From an uncultured Clostridium sp. (GTDB lineage: Bacteria; Bacillota; Clostridia; TANB77; CAG-508): a stretch of DNA of 64,000 nucleotides. The notes beneath the pieces were generated by a model. It saw only the letters and a program-made list of their open reading frames with translations, did not search any database and was not told the DNA's origin. Where the stretch lies: the NCBI GenBank assembly GCA_946639585.1, contig CAMPBS010000003.1:25595-89594 (forward strand). The letters are read 5' to 3'. The position numbers and the translations under genes are program-made. This document shows positions 20,974 through 31,472 of this stretch, one piece after another (the stretch's first letter is position 1; each line of letters starts with the position of its first letter).

Positions 20974-21029
20974 ACTCAATATAGTAAAAAATATTTTATT
21001 ATAGAAATAATTAATAAGGAGTAAATATC

Positions 21030-21251
21030 ATGAATGAAATTAAATTATTTTCTAGCACAGATGATATACTAATAAGCCAAGTATGTGAGATATTAAAAGA
21101 AAACAATATACCATTCATTAAAAAACAGGAAGGATCTGGAGCTTATGTAGGAGTACTCTTTGGAAGCACAATAGGAATAAAAGATATATATGTTAGTGAA
21201 GAGGACTACGAAAAAGCAAAAGAGCTAATAAAAGTTTTCGAAAACGATTAA
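21030..21251 (+). CDS. small DUF2007-like protein (putative signal-transducing fold)
   Basis: 73-aa ORF with an RBS, sitting between pgk and tpiA. The family assignment is tentative. Confidence 0.4.
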   Translation: MNEIKLFSSTDDILISQVCEILKENNIPFIKKQEGSGAYVGVLFGSTIGIKDIYVSEEDYEKAKELIKVFEND

Positions 21252-21299
21252 AGGTAATTTTAAGGAAAGTATTTCTTGAAATGCAAAGGAGAGATTAGA

Positions 21300-22052
21300 A
21301 TGAGAAAAAAAGTAATTGCAGGAAACTGGAAAATGAACATGCTTCCAAATGAAGCAATAAAATTTATAGATGAAATTACACCATTAGTTAAGGATACAAA
21401 GAACGAAGTAATTCTTTGTGTGCCATATACAGACCTATTTTATGCACTTTTAAATGTTCAAGAAACAAATATTAAAATAGGTGCTCAAAATATGCACTTT
21501 GCAGAAAGCGGTGCATATACTGGAGAAATTTCAGCTCAAATGTTAAAATCTATAAATGTTGAATATGTAATAATAGGTCACTCTGAAAGAAGACAATATT
21601 TCAACGAAACAGATGAAACAGTAAACAAAAAAATAAAAGCAGCATTTGAAAACGGATTAAAACCAATAGTATGTGTTGGAGAAACATTAGAGCAAAGAGA
21701 AAATGGCACAACAATAGATGTTATAACTACTCAAACAAAACTTGCATTAGATGGATTAACAGATGAGCAAGTGGCAAATACAATAATTGCATATGAACCA
21801 ATTTGGGCAATAGGAACAGGAAAAACAGCAACAAGTGAAGATGCTCAAAACTCAATAAAAGCAATTCGTAACAAAATTGAAGAAATCTATGGACAAAATG
21901 TAGCTGAAAGAGTTATAATACAATATGGTGGAAGCGTAAAAAGCTCTAATGCCAAAGAACTATTTGAAATGCCAGATATAGATGGTGGATTAGTTGGAGG
22001 AGCAAGCTTAAAGCCGGATGAATTTGCTAAAATTGTAAACTATGATTTGTAG
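21300..22052 (+). CDS. tpiA: triose-phosphate isomerase
   Basis: [13 protein letters not shown].., ..IGHSERR.., ..[11 protein letters not shown]... ATG 21300 follows AGGAGAG. Confidence 0.95.
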   Translation: MRKKVIAGNWKMNMLPNEAIKFIDEITPLVKDTKNEVILCVPYTDLFYALLNVQETNIKIGAQNMHFAESGAYTGEISAQMLKSINVEYVIIGHSERRQYFNETDETVNKKIKAAFENGLKPIVCVGETLEQRENGTTIDVITTQTKLALDGLTDEQVANTIIAYEPIWAIGTGKTATSEDAQNSIKAIRNKIEEIYGQNVAERVIIQYGGSVKSSNAKELFEMPDIDGGLVGGASLKPDEFAKIVNYDL

Positions 22053-22077
22053 TAAATAAATGTTGAAAGAAGGTATA

Positions 22078-23622
22078 ATGATGAAAGACAAACTTACAAT
22101 GCTAATGATATTAGATGGCTTTGGAGATAATTCAAATACAGAAGGAAATGCAGTAAAACAAGCCAAAACACCTAATATTGATAAACTAATGAAAAAATAT
22201 GCTAGTACTGATATTTATACAAGTGGTAAATATGTTGGTTTACCAGATGGACAAATGGGAAATTCAGAAGTTGGCCATACAAATATAGGTGCTGGTAGAA
22301 TAGTATACCAAGAATTAACAAGAATAACAAAATCAATAGAAGATGGAGACTTCTTCTCAAACCAAGAATTAATTGCGGCAATAGATAATTGCAAGAAAAA
22401 CAATTCTAAACTACATATATTAGGTTTAGTATCTGACGGTGGAGTTCACAGCCACGATAGACATTTATATGGTTTATTAGAATTAGCTAAAAGAAGAGAC
22501 TTTGAAAATGTATATGTACATTGCTTTTTAGATGGAAGAGATACACCACCTGCATCAGCAGAAAACTATATAGCTAAATTACAAGAAAAAATGAATGAAA
22601 AAGGTGTAGGAAAAATTGCTTCAATTAGTGGTAGATTTTATGCAATGGACAGAGATAAAAGATGGCAAAGAGTTCAAAAGGCTTACAATGCAATGGTTAA
22701 TGGTGAAGGAATAAAAGCTGCAAATGTTATTAAAGCAATAGAAGACTCATACCAAAAAGAAGTATTTGATGAATTTGTTGAACCAACAGTTATTTGCAAT
22801 AATGGAGAACCAATTGCTACAATAGGTAAAAACGATTCTGTAATATGCTTCAACTTCAGACCAGATAGAGCTAGAGAAATAACTAGAACATTAGTAGATA
22901 CTGAGTTTAATGAATTTGAAACTAAAAAAGATTTAAACTTGTATTATGTATGTTTTACAAGCTATGATGAAACAATGCCAAATGTTCATATTGCGTTCAA
23001 AAAAGAAGCATTAACAAACACATTTGGAGAATATATTTCAAAACAAGGTTTAACACAATTAAGGATTGCAGAAACAGAAAAATATGCACATGTTACATTC
23101 TTCTTTAATGGTGGAGAAGAAAAACAATTTGAAGGAGAAGATAGAATATTAATACCATCTCCAAAAGTTGAAACATATGACATGAAACCAGAAATGAGTG
23201 CTTATGAAGTAACAGAAAAAGTGCTAGACGAAATTGCAAATGATAGATTTGATAACATAATTTTAAACTTTGCAAATCCAGACATGGTTGGACACACAGG
23301 AAGTTTGCCAGCTGCAATTAAAGCAGTAGAAACAGTTGACGAATGTGTAGGAAAAATAGTTGCTTTAATAGAAGAAAAAGAAGCAAATCTAATAATTACA
23401 GCAGACCATGGAAACTGTGAGCAAATGATTGATTACAAAACAGGAGAACCACATACAGCACACACAACAAATCCAGTTCCAATTGTGGTAATCAATGGAA
23501 AAAATAAAATCAAACTAAGAGAAGGCGGAATATTAGCAGACCTAGCACCAACAATGCTTGACATGATGGGACTAGAAAAACCAGCAGAAATGACTGGAAG
23601 TACTTTAATTGTCAAGGAATAA
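22078..23622 (+). CDS. gpmI: 2,3-bisphosphoglycerate-independent phosphoglycerate mutase
   Basis: Motifs ..LMILDGFG.., ..NSEVGHTNIGAGR.. and ..ADHGNCE... Confidence 0.95.
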   Translation: MMKDKLTMLMILDGFGDNSNTEGNAVKQAKTPNIDKLMKKYASTDIYTSGKYVGLPDGQMGNSEVGHTNIGAGRIVYQELTRITKSIEDGDFFSNQELIAAIDNCKKNNSKLHILGLVSDGGVHSHDRHLYGLLELAKRRDFENVYVHCFLDGRDTPPASAENYIAKLQEKMNEKGVGKIASISGRFYAMDRDKRWQRVQKAYNAMVNGEGIKAANVIKAIEDSYQKEVFDEFVEPTVICNNGEPIATIGKNDSVICFNFRPDRAREITRTLVDTEFNEFETKKDLNLYYVCFTSYDETMPNVHIAFKKEALTNTFGEYISKQGLTQLRIAETEKYAHVTFFFNGGEEKQFEGEDRILIPSPKVETYDMKPEMSAYEVTEKVLDEIANDRFDNIILNFANPDMVGHTGSLPAAIKAVETVDECVGKIVALIEEKEANLIITADHGNCEQMIDYKTGEPHTAHTTNPVPIVVINGKNKIKLREGGILADLAPTMLDMMGLEKPAEMTGSTLIVKE

Positions 23623-23691
23623 ATAGAAAATTAGCGAACAAAATAATAATTTTGTTCGCTATAAATTAAACTGTAGAAAAAAGAGGTAAAA

Positions 23692-24366
23692 ATGTTAAAA
23701 ACAACTCGAAAAATAAAAGGAATATATGAAGATATCCAAAAAATGTTATTTTACATGATTCCAGAAAAATGGGGAGAACTATACTTATATTCATCAGTAT
23801 TAGAAAGATTTAATAATGTAGAAACAGGTGAATTATTCTTTTATTACATCCCAAAAGGATTATTAAGAAAAAATCCAGTAAATGTATACGAAATTCCTTC
23901 AAAATTCAATCTAGAAGAAGGTGAGTACTTACGTCTTGTTGAGTTATTATACGATAAAATAAAAGAGTTGAGAAATGAACATAAAAAACAAGAACGAAAA
24001 ACATGGAGTAACCTTACAATTATAATAAAAGATACTAAATTTAGGGTAGAATATGATTATGAAGATATACAAAATAGTGAATTTGATAGTTTTCAAAGAC
24101 ATATAATTTGGAGAAGCAAATACCTAAATGTTGGAGTGGAAAAAGTTAATAAATCTGAAAGAGCAATTTTGGAAAGATATTATAATATGGAAAAGACATT
24201 AACAAAAACAGATGAATATGAAGAGGATATTTATATTAGGGATGTTAAAAATATGGTTGATTACCAAACAGAAAATTATGAAACAACACAAAATGTAGAA
24301 TATATGGCTAGTAAAAATGATAAGAAAAGGAAGAATCAGATTTTAATGATGGATGAAGATCAATAA
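23692..24366 (+). CDS. YezG/DUF600-like immunity-type protein with C-terminal extension
   Basis: ..IPEKWGELYLYSSV..GELFFYY..W(S)NLTIII..KFRVEYDYEDI.. resembles the DUF600 antitoxin pattern. No cognate toxin gene is adjacent. Confidence 0.45.
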   Translation: MLKTTRKIKGIYEDIQKMLFYMIPEKWGELYLYSSVLERFNNVETGELFFYYIPKGLLRKNPVNVYEIPSKFNLEEGEYLRLVELLYDKIKELRNEHKKQERKTWSNLTIIIKDTKFRVEYDYEDIQNSEFDSFQRHIIWRSKYLNVGVEKVNKSERAILERYYNMEKTLTKTDEYEEDIYIRDVKNMVDYQTENYETTQNVEYMASKNDKKRKNQILMMDEDQ

Positions 24367-24408
24367 TTTTAAATTGTTGGTCTTTTTTATTTGTAGTAAG
24401 GTTTCTTA

Positions 24409-24551
24409 AAGTTTAAATATATTATTTTTCAAACCCTTGGTGTCGCAACTTCCAGATTTTAAAATACTGGTCTGTAAGTTGCTCCAGTCGCCCTGCGCTA
24501 CGCTACGGTTGGTCGCTTACGCGGGTGTTAAAAAATAATATATTTAAACTT
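24409..24551 (+). repeat. GC-core element copy 2
   Basis: Arms AAGTTTAAATATATTATTTTT (24409-24429) and AAAAATAATATATTTAAACTT (24531-24551). The core is near-identical to copy 1. Confidence 0.75.
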
Positions 24552-24683
24552 TATAATTTATTACAAAAACGAACAAAAATTTCAAAAAACTATTGACAAA
24601 TTTAAAATCATGATATAAAATAACATCAAGAAGAGCGAACAAGACTTCGCAAAACAAATAATCGAACAATGGAGGGTAATATT

Positions 24684-25187
24684 ATGAATTTAGTTAGAGT
24701 TAAAAATGTTGTAAAAACAATAGAAAGACATCCGGTAGAGATTCTTGGAAATGATTATAGGGTTAGAATAGAATATAAAAATGTTAAAGTTATGGAATTA
24801 AATGTTTATGAAGATACAATAAAAATTACTCTTCAAAATAAATTTAAAAGAGTTAACAACGAAAAGATGTTAGACTTTGCAATAAATAAAATGTATAATG
24901 CAATAGCTAAAGTAGAAGTGGAAAGAGCTATGGAAAAAACAAGATTAATGCTTGGATTTGCTCCAGAAGATTATAAAATAGAAACTATAAAAGGATTTGC
25001 AAAATGTGAAGATGGAGTAATAACAATAAATCCTGAAATAGTAATGTATAATAGAAACGTAATAGATTACATAGTTTTAAAACAATACTTACATTTAAAA
25101 TACAAAACAGAATGCAAAGGGTATATGAAACTTTTAAAACAACATTGCAAAAATTACGAAAATTATGAAAAAGTCTTGAATTTTTAA
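24684..25187 (+). CDS. hypothetical protein (possibly a degenerate YgjP/DUF45-like fold)
   Basis: ATG 24684 follows GGAGGG. No intact HExxH motif seen. Confidence 0.45.
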   Translation: MNLVRVKNVVKTIERHPVEILGNDYRVRIEYKNVKVMELNVYEDTIKITLQNKFKRVNNEKMLDFAINKMYNAIAKVEVERAMEKTRLMLGFAPEDYKIETIKGFAKCEDGVITINPEIVMYNRNVIDYIVLKQYLHLKYKTECKGYMKLLKQHCKNYENYEKVLNF

Positions 25188-25267
25188 TAAGAAATTTGCT
25201 ATAATATCAATAGCAAATTTTTTGTTTTGGGTAAATAAAGCTATTTGCGACTATAAACTAAATATAT

Positions 25268-25342
25268 TGGGGTATCGCCAAGCGGTAAGGCATCGGACTC
25301 TGACTCCGACATTCCTGTGTTCGAATCACAGTACCCCAGCCA
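25268..25342 (+). tRNA. tRNA-Gln (anticodon CUG), CCA encoded
   Basis: Acceptor TGGGGTA/TACCCCA, D arm GCCAAGCGGTAAGGC, anticodon stem TCGGA/TCCGA with loop CTCTGAC, T arm CTGTG-TTCGAAT-CACAG. Confidence 0.9.
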
Positions 25343-25496
25343 AATTTCAAGCTTCTGCAAGTGTTAATGTATTTGAAAGAATTGCTTCTGATAGAAAATG
25401 ATATTGGAAAATAATAAAAAAATAGTCAGATTTTAAAGGCAGTTAATAACTGTCTTTTTCTTATTTTAAAAAAATAGACTAAAAGTCGATTTTATA

Positions 25497-25545
25497 TTGA
25501 CATTTTAAAAATACCATGTTATAATGAAATTCGACCATGAGTCGA
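25497..25545 (+). promoter_or_regulatory. sigma-A type promoter with palindromic candidate TetR operator
   Basis: TTGACA at 25497-25502, 17-nt spacer, TATAAT at 25520-25525. The palindrome TCGAC-CATGA-GTCGA (25531-25545) lies between the -10 and the RBS. Confidence 0.55.
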
Positions 25546-25561
25546 GAAAGGAGGCATAAAT

Positions 25562-26155
25562 GTGAAAAATAATGATAGGAAAGAAAGTTTAGTGAAAATT
25601 GCTTTTAAAATGTTTTTAAGTAACGGCTATGAAAATACAAGCGTGGACAAAATAATTGAAGAAGCAAAAATTGCGAAAGGCACATTTTATTATTATTTTG
25701 AAAGCAAAGAACAATTACTAGAAGAGGTAGTTGGGTTAATGCTAGATAATCAATCTAAACATGCAGAAGAAATATTAAATTCTAATATTTCAATACCTGA
25801 AAAGATAGTAGGAATTATATTATCGTATACTCCAAATGAAATCGAAAATACAATTAAAAATACTATTCATAATAATGAGAACATTGTTTTACATCAAAAG
25901 TTAAATAAAGAATTAATAGAAAGAATGATCCCTATATTAACAGAGGTTGTAAAAGATGGAAATAAAGTTGGTATATTTAATTGTGATAATATTCCAGAAA
26001 GAATAAAATCTATTTTGATATTAAGTGGTAGTTTATTTGATGACAATAAAAAAATTACTAAAAATGATATAGATGTATTCATTGATATTATAGAAAAAAC
26101 TCTTGGTGCAAAATCAGGAACAATGAATTTTATAAATAAAATAATAGAAAGATAA
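25562..26155 (+). CDS. TetR/AcrR family transcriptional regulator
   Basis: N-terminal HTH ..GYENTSVDKIIEEAKIAKGTFYYYFESKE... GTG start after AAAGGAGG. Confidence 0.85.
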   Translation: MKNNDRKESLVKIAFKMFLSNGYENTSVDKIIEEAKIAKGTFYYYFESKEQLLEEVVGLMLDNQSKHAEEILNSNISIPEKIVGIILSYTPNEIENTIKNTIHNNENIVLHQKLNKELIERMIPILTEVVKDGNKVGIFNCDNIPERIKSILILSGSLFDDNKKITKNDIDVFIDIIEKTLGAKSGTMNFINKIIER

Positions 26156-26165
26156 GGTGATAAAA

Positions 26166-27014
26166 ATGAAAAAATATAAATATAAACCAATAAAATTTTA
26201 TCTAATAGCTTTTTCTTTAACTTGGCTATTTTGGATTCTTGCAATTATTTTCAAAGATTCTACATTTGCATTTCTTTTAATGTTTCTAGGATTAATTATG
26301 CCTCCAATAGTTGCATTAGCATTTGTATTTTTATCTAAAAATGAAATGTTAAAAAAAGATTTTAAAAGAAAGATTGTCGGATTTTATAGACTTAAACCTA
26401 AATATATATTATTAGCAATTCTATCATTTGCAATAGTTGTTTTATTATCAATAGGTACTTCAATTTTATTTGGGGGATCAACTAGTCAATTTGCTTTTAC
26501 TGATTTTTCGTTTTCTATTGCAGGTACTTCAGCTCTATTAACTATATTACTTGCTTCGATAATTGAAGAATTAGGCTGGCGTGGTTATGGAGAAGATGCT
26601 ATTGGCTCAAAGTTTAGCTGGTTTAAAGAAACCCTAATCTTTGGTATTATTTGGGGATTATGGCATATACCTTTATTCTTTATGCCAGGAACATATCATT
26701 TTGCTTTGAGTGAACTTGGAACAATGTATGTTATTAATTTCTTTATAAGTGCTATTCCGGCTAACTTTTTACAAACTTGGGTTTATGTTAAGAATAATAG
26801 AAGTATCTTTGCAACAATGCTTTTACATCTTTTCCTAAATCTAGGACAAGAAAAAATAGCAATGACTCCTGAAACCAAATGTATTGAAACAATCTTTTTA
26901 ATGTTACTTTCTATTATAATTGTTTTGACAAATAAAGAATTGTTCTTTGAAACAAAACATGTTGGTAAACTATTAGAAACACAATTAGAACAGGAGAAAA
27001 TAAATGAAAAGTAA
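26166..27014 (+). CDS. CPBP family intramembrane glutamic endopeptidase
   Basis: Motifs EELGWRG and ..LWH.. plus HLFLN, in a polytopic protein. Confidence 0.8.
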   Translation: MKKYKYKPIKFYLIAFSLTWLFWILAIIFKDSTFAFLLMFLGLIMPPIVALAFVFLSKNEMLKKDFKRKIVGFYRLKPKYILLAILSFAIVVLLSIGTSILFGGSTSQFAFTDFSFSIAGTSALLTILLASIIEELGWRGYGEDAIGSKFSWFKETLIFGIIWGLWHIPLFFMPGTYHFALSELGTMYVINFFISAIPANFLQTWVYVKNNRSIFATMLLHLFLNLGQEKIAMTPETKCIETIFLMLLSIIIVLTNKELFFETKHVGKLLETQLEQEKINEK

Positions 27015-28227
27015 TAATTTTAAAAAATTCTTATTAATATGGCTGGGTGAATTAATTTCATCTATAGGTGGTGGATTAACAACATTCGGACTTGGTGTAT
27101 ATGTTTTTTCACAAACTGGAAATGCCACATCTATGGTACTTGTTACACTTTTAGGTTTTCTTCCATCACTTATTTTAAGTGTTCCAGCTGGAGTTCTTGC
27201 AGATAAGTATGATAGAAGACTTTTAATGATAATTGGAGATGGATGCTCAGGGTTGGGTATTGTTTATATATTGATTTGTATGTTAAATGGCGGGGCAACT
27301 CTATTACAAATATGTATAGGCGTATTTATTAGTTCTGTTTTTTCTTCATTGCTTGAACCATCATTTAAAGCAACTATTACAGATTTGCTTACTAAAGAGG
27401 AATTTTCAAAAGCAAGTGGTTTAGTATCTTTAGCGGGTAGCTCTAAATATTTATTTTCTCCGATTATTGCGGGCTTTTTGTTGAGTATAAGTAGTATTAA
27501 TTTACTTTTAATAATAGATATATGTACTTTTATATTTACTATAATAGTAACTGCCATGGTAAGAAAAAATATTAAAACAAAACAAGTCAAGTCTATGGAT
27601 TCACTTTTTAAAGGGTTCAAAGAAGGATGGAACGCTATATATAGTAATAAAGGGATTTTTATGCTTATTTTAGTATCAGCATTGATTACAATGTTTATGG
27701 GAATATTACAAGTTCTTATAGAACCAATGGTATTGTCATTTACAGATTCAAAAACATTAGGAATAGCAGAAACAGTATGCGCCTCTGGAATGTTAGTGTC
27801 TAGTATATTTTTAGGAATATATGGAATAAAGAAAAAATATGTGAAAATATTAAGTATTGCTCTTGCACTTTCTGGTATATCAATGATTGGTATGGGGATA
27901 TTGGAAAATATCGTGATGATTTGCTTTTTTGGAATGTTTTTCTTTTTTACACTTCCTTTTGCCAACAATTGTTTAGATTATCTTGTAAGAACTAATATTC
28001 CTGATGAACTTCAAGGAAGGTCTTGGGGACTGATAGGATTTATTTCACAACTAGGTTATGTTTTTTCATATTCTATATCTGGAATTATGGCAGACTCACT
28101 GGGAACATTAACTAATCAAGGTGTAGGCAGAGGTTCAGCATATATAATACAAATTGCAGGAATATGTCTTATTATAACGGCATTAAGTATTCCTACCATA
28201 AAAAAAATTAAGAAACTAGAATTATAA
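27004..28227 (+). CDS. MFS transporter
   Basis: 12-TM pattern with the ..GVLADKYDRR.. loop motif. Overlaps the CPBP gene end. Confidence 0.8.
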   Translation: MKSNNFKKFLLIWLGELISSIGGGLTTFGLGVYVFSQTGNATSMVLVTLLGFLPSLILSVPAGVLADKYDRRLLMIIGDGCSGLGIVYILICMLNGGATLLQICIGVFISSVFSSLLEPSFKATITDLLTKEEFSKASGLVSLAGSSKYLFSPIIAGFLLSISSINLLLIIDICTFIFTIIVTAMVRKNIKTKQVKSMDSLFKGFKEGWNAIYSNKGIFMLILVSALITMFMGILQVLIEPMVLSFTDSKTLGIAETVCASGMLVSSIFLGIYGIKKKYVKILSIALALSGISMIGMGILENIVMICFFGMFFFFTLPFANNCLDYLVRTNIPDELQGRSWGLIGFISQLGYVFSYSISGIMADSLGTLTNQGVGRGSAYIIQIAGICLIITALSIPTIKKIKKLEL

Positions 28228-28313
28228 GAGAATAAATTTTTCTTCTCTTTATTGACATTCTACCCTAAGAATGATATAAAGATATTATAAAAAATGAAAA
28301 GAGGTAATGAAAA

Positions 28314-28922
28314 ATGGAAAATGTAGATATTAATGGATTTAACACTTTAGATGGAGCAAAGGCTCTATTTCAACAATTAAATTGTATAGGACAAGAGAAC
28401 TGCTTTGTTGTAGCTTATAATAGAGATTATCTTCCTAGTGGTACACCAAATACTTTAAATTCTTCTGCTACAATAGTTGGAATGAAAAATGGGGGAATTG
28501 TAGGCGGAATAGCTGGCGGAATGGTTGCAAATGCTATAACTAATGCTGCAAATCAAGCAGAAGAAGAATTTCAAAATACTTTAGATAATGATTTAAAAGT
28601 AATCTTTAATAGAGGAAAATATTGCGGATTTTTAATTAACAAAACTGAAAGCGGAATCGGATTTATTCCTTTAATGAACGATTACAAATTGCTTGTAAAA
28701 GTTGAAGATTTCAAAACTGACTTAGAAAACTTTGTATTTATAAGCAATGAAAAAATAAAGTCAATTGAAGTTAACAAACTTGCATTAAATTTCGGAAAGA
28801 GAATATTAAAAATAAAATTTAATAATGAAAATAATGCTGCTACAGCATGGACATTACCAATGAAACACAAATTAATTCAATATCAAGAAGAAAACTTTAA
28901 TAAATTTATTACTCTAATATAA
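28314..28922 (+). CDS. hypothetical protein
   Basis: 202-aa ORF with an RBS. Contains the glycine-rich segment GGIVGGIAGGMVANAI. No family recognised. Confidence 0.5.
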   Translation: MENVDINGFNTLDGAKALFQQLNCIGQENCFVVAYNRDYLPSGTPNTLNSSATIVGMKNGGIVGGIAGGMVANAITNAANQAEEEFQNTLDNDLKVIFNRGKYCGFLINKTESGIGFIPLMNDYKLLVKVEDFKTDLENFVFISNEKIKSIEVNKLALNFGKRILKIKFNNENNAATAWTLPMKHKLIQYQEENFNKFITLI

Positions 28923-29158
28923 TTTGCTTTAGCAAATTGTCTAAAAACTTGAAAATATGCTAAAATAAGGCATATATTTAATAAATTTATGGCGCCAAGA
29001 ATTGAAATAATTAATGGCGCTTTTTCTGATGAATGTTTTAAAGAATTCATTGATGAATTATGGAAAAACAGAAATGAAGTATATGATAATTTTAAAATGC
29101 ACTTGTATTTTTTTAAAACTTTCTATATAATGGCTATGAAGAAATTGGAGGTGTACAA

Positions 29159-30157
29159 ATGAACTTTATTGAAAGCGTAAAACAAAGGACCAAAAAGAAT
29201 ATTAAGACAATAGTTCTTCCTGAAGCCGAAGATATCAGAGTTTTAGAGGCAACTGCTACAATATTAAAAGAAAAATTTGCAAATGTTGTATTAGTTGGAG
29301 ATGAAGAACTAATCACTACAAAAGCAAAAGAAAAGAATTTAGAAATTGAAGGTGTGAAAATAGTAAATCCTTCAAAATCTGAAAATTATGATAAATACGT
29401 AAATCTATTAGTAGATCTTAGAAAAAATAAAGGAATGACCGAGGAAGAAGCAAAAAAACTTGTATTAGATCCAGTTTATTATGGAATGTTAATGGTAAAA
29501 GCTGGCGAAGCCGATGGGTTAGTATCAGGTGCTGCACATTCAACAGCAGATACGTTAAGACCAGCGCTTCAAATATTAAAAACAGCAGAAGGAACAAAAT
29601 TAGTGTCAGCGTTTTTTGTTATGGTTGTACCTAATTGCGAATATGGAGAAAACGGAACGTTCATATTTGCTGATAGTGGTTTGAACCCTAATCCAGGGGT
29701 TGATGATTTAGAAGCAATAGCGGTATCATCAGCAAAAAGTTTTGAATCATTAGTACAAAAAGAAGCAAAAATAGCAATGCTATCATATTCTACATATGGA
29801 AGTGCTAAATCTGAATTAACAGAAAAGATGGTAAATGCAACCAATCAGATTAAAGCTAATTATCCAAATTTAGCAATTGATGGAGAATTACAATTAGATG
29901 CGGCAATTGTTCCAGAAATTGCAAAATCTAAAGCACCAGGAAGTAAAGTAGCAGGACAAGCTAATGTATTAATATTCCCAGATTTAAATGCTGGTAATAT
30001 TGGCTATAAATTAGTTCAAAGATTAGCAAAAGCGGAAGCATATGGCCCACTTTGCCAAGGAATTGCAAAACCAGTAAATGATTTATCTCGTGGGTGTAGT
30101 GCACAGGATATTGTTGGAGTTGTTGCAATTACTGCTCTTCAAGCTCAGAACTTATAA
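29159..30157 (+). CDS. pta: phosphate acetyltransferase
   Basis: Motifs ..IVLPEAED.R.. and ..ADGLVSGA.HSTADT... Confidence 0.9.
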   Translation: MNFIESVKQRTKKNIKTIVLPEAEDIRVLEATATILKEKFANVVLVGDEELITTKAKEKNLEIEGVKIVNPSKSENYDKYVNLLVDLRKNKGMTEEEAKKLVLDPVYYGMLMVKAGEADGLVSGAAHSTADTLRPALQILKTAEGTKLVSAFFVMVVPNCEYGENGTFIFADSGLNPNPGVDDLEAIAVSSAKSFESLVQKEAKIAMLSYSTYGSAKSELTEKMVNATNQIKANYPNLAIDGELQLDAAIVPEIAKSKAPGSKVAGQANVLIFPDLNAGNIGYKLVQRLAKAEAYGPLCQGIAKPVNDLSRGCSAQDIVGVVAITALQAQNL

Positions 30158-30204
30158 AATATAATTATAATGCAGAATAAATTTTAATTTAAAGGAGGCA
30201 TTTT

Positions 30205-31392
30205 ATGAAAATTTTAGTTCTAAATTCTGGTAGTTCTTCACTAAAATACCAGGTAATTGACATGGAAAATGAGAAAACAATTGCTAAAGGTTATTTTGAA
30301 AGAATTGGGCAACCAAATTCATTTTTATCACACAAAGTAAATGGAATGAAGCATAAATTTGAAAGGGAAGCAAAAGACCATGAAGAAGCAATAGCATTTG
30401 TATTAGACAGATTAACAAATGACCACTATGGTGTAATTAAAGATTTAAGTGAACTAAATGGAATTGGACACAGAATAGTTCATGGTGGAGAAAAGTTTGC
30501 AGATAGTGTTTTAATAACAGATGAAGTAATTGAAGAAATTAAAAAATGTAGTGATTTAGCACCACTACATAATCCGGCAGCAATACTTGGAATTGAAGCT
30601 TGCAGAAAAGTTGTACCAAACATGAAAATGGTGGCAGTATTTGATACAGCATTCCATCAAACTATTCCAAAATCAAGATATATATACCCAATACCATATA
30701 AATACTATGAAAACTATGCTGTAAGAAAATATGGATTCCATGGTACTTCACATCAATATGTAGCATACAGAGTAGCTGAAATGCTAAATAAAGACGTGAA
30801 AGATTTAAAAGTTGTTAGTTGCCATTTAGGACAAGGTGCAAGTATTTGTGCTGTTCAAAGTGGAAAATCTGTTGAAACAAGTATGGGATTAACTCCACTT
30901 GGCGGAATACCAATGGGAACAAGAAGCGGAGATTTGGATCCATCAGTTTTAACATATTTAATGAAAAAAGAAGGTTTAACAGCAGATGAAATTGAAACAA
31001 TATTAAATAAAAAATCTGGGGTATATGGTGTTTCACGAGTTTCTATGGATTTTAGAGATATTGAATTTGAAGCACTAGTTGGCGGAACACATGCAAAACT
31101 TTCATTAGATATATTCTGTTATTTAATAGCAGGTTATATAATGAAATGTGCAGTAGCAATGGGAGGAATAGATGTACTTACATTTACAGCAGGTGTAGGC
31201 GAAAAAAGCCCATATTGCAGAGAAAATATTTGCAAGAACTTAGAATTTATGGGAGCAAAACTTGACTTAACCAAAAATGAAGTTAAAGGTGAAGAAGCAA
31301 TTATTTCAAAAGATGATTCTTCAATCAAGATTTGTGTAGTTCCTACAAATGAAGAACTAATGATTGCAAGAGAAACATTAAAGCTTATTTAA
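30205..31392 (+). CDS. ackA: acetate kinase
   Basis: Motifs MKILVLNSGSSSLKYQ, GHRIVHGG, APLHNPA, FHGTSHQYV and PTNEE. Confidence 0.9.
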   Translation: MKILVLNSGSSSLKYQVIDMENEKTIAKGYFERIGQPNSFLSHKVNGMKHKFEREAKDHEEAIAFVLDRLTNDHYGVIKDLSELNGIGHRIVHGGEKFADSVLITDEVIEEIKKCSDLAPLHNPAAILGIEACRKVVPNMKMVAVFDTAFHQTIPKSRYIYPIPYKYYENYAVRKYGFHGTSHQYVAYRVAEMLNKDVKDLKVVSCHLGQGASICAVQSGKSVETSMGLTPLGGIPMGTRSGDLDPSVLTYLMKKEGLTADEIETILNKKSGVYGVSRVSMDFRDIEFEALVGGTHAKLSLDIFCYLIAGYIMKCAVAMGGIDVLTFTAGVGEKSPYCRENICKNLEFMGAKLDLTKNEVKGEEAIISKDDSSIKICVVPTNEELMIARETLKLI

Positions 31393-31472
31393 GTTAATCT
31401 TATAAAGTAATTATATTATTTTTGAAATATAATTACTTCAAATATAAACAAAAAAGAAAGGATTTTAAAATT

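Noticed and set aside
28989-29162. 57-aa ORF (MAPRIEIINGAFSDECF..) between the hypothetical gene and pta.
   Set aside because: It has no RBS and overlaps the pta start. Its 5' end coincides with a GCGCC..GGCGC hairpin plus T run, which is better explained as the terminator of the upstream gene.
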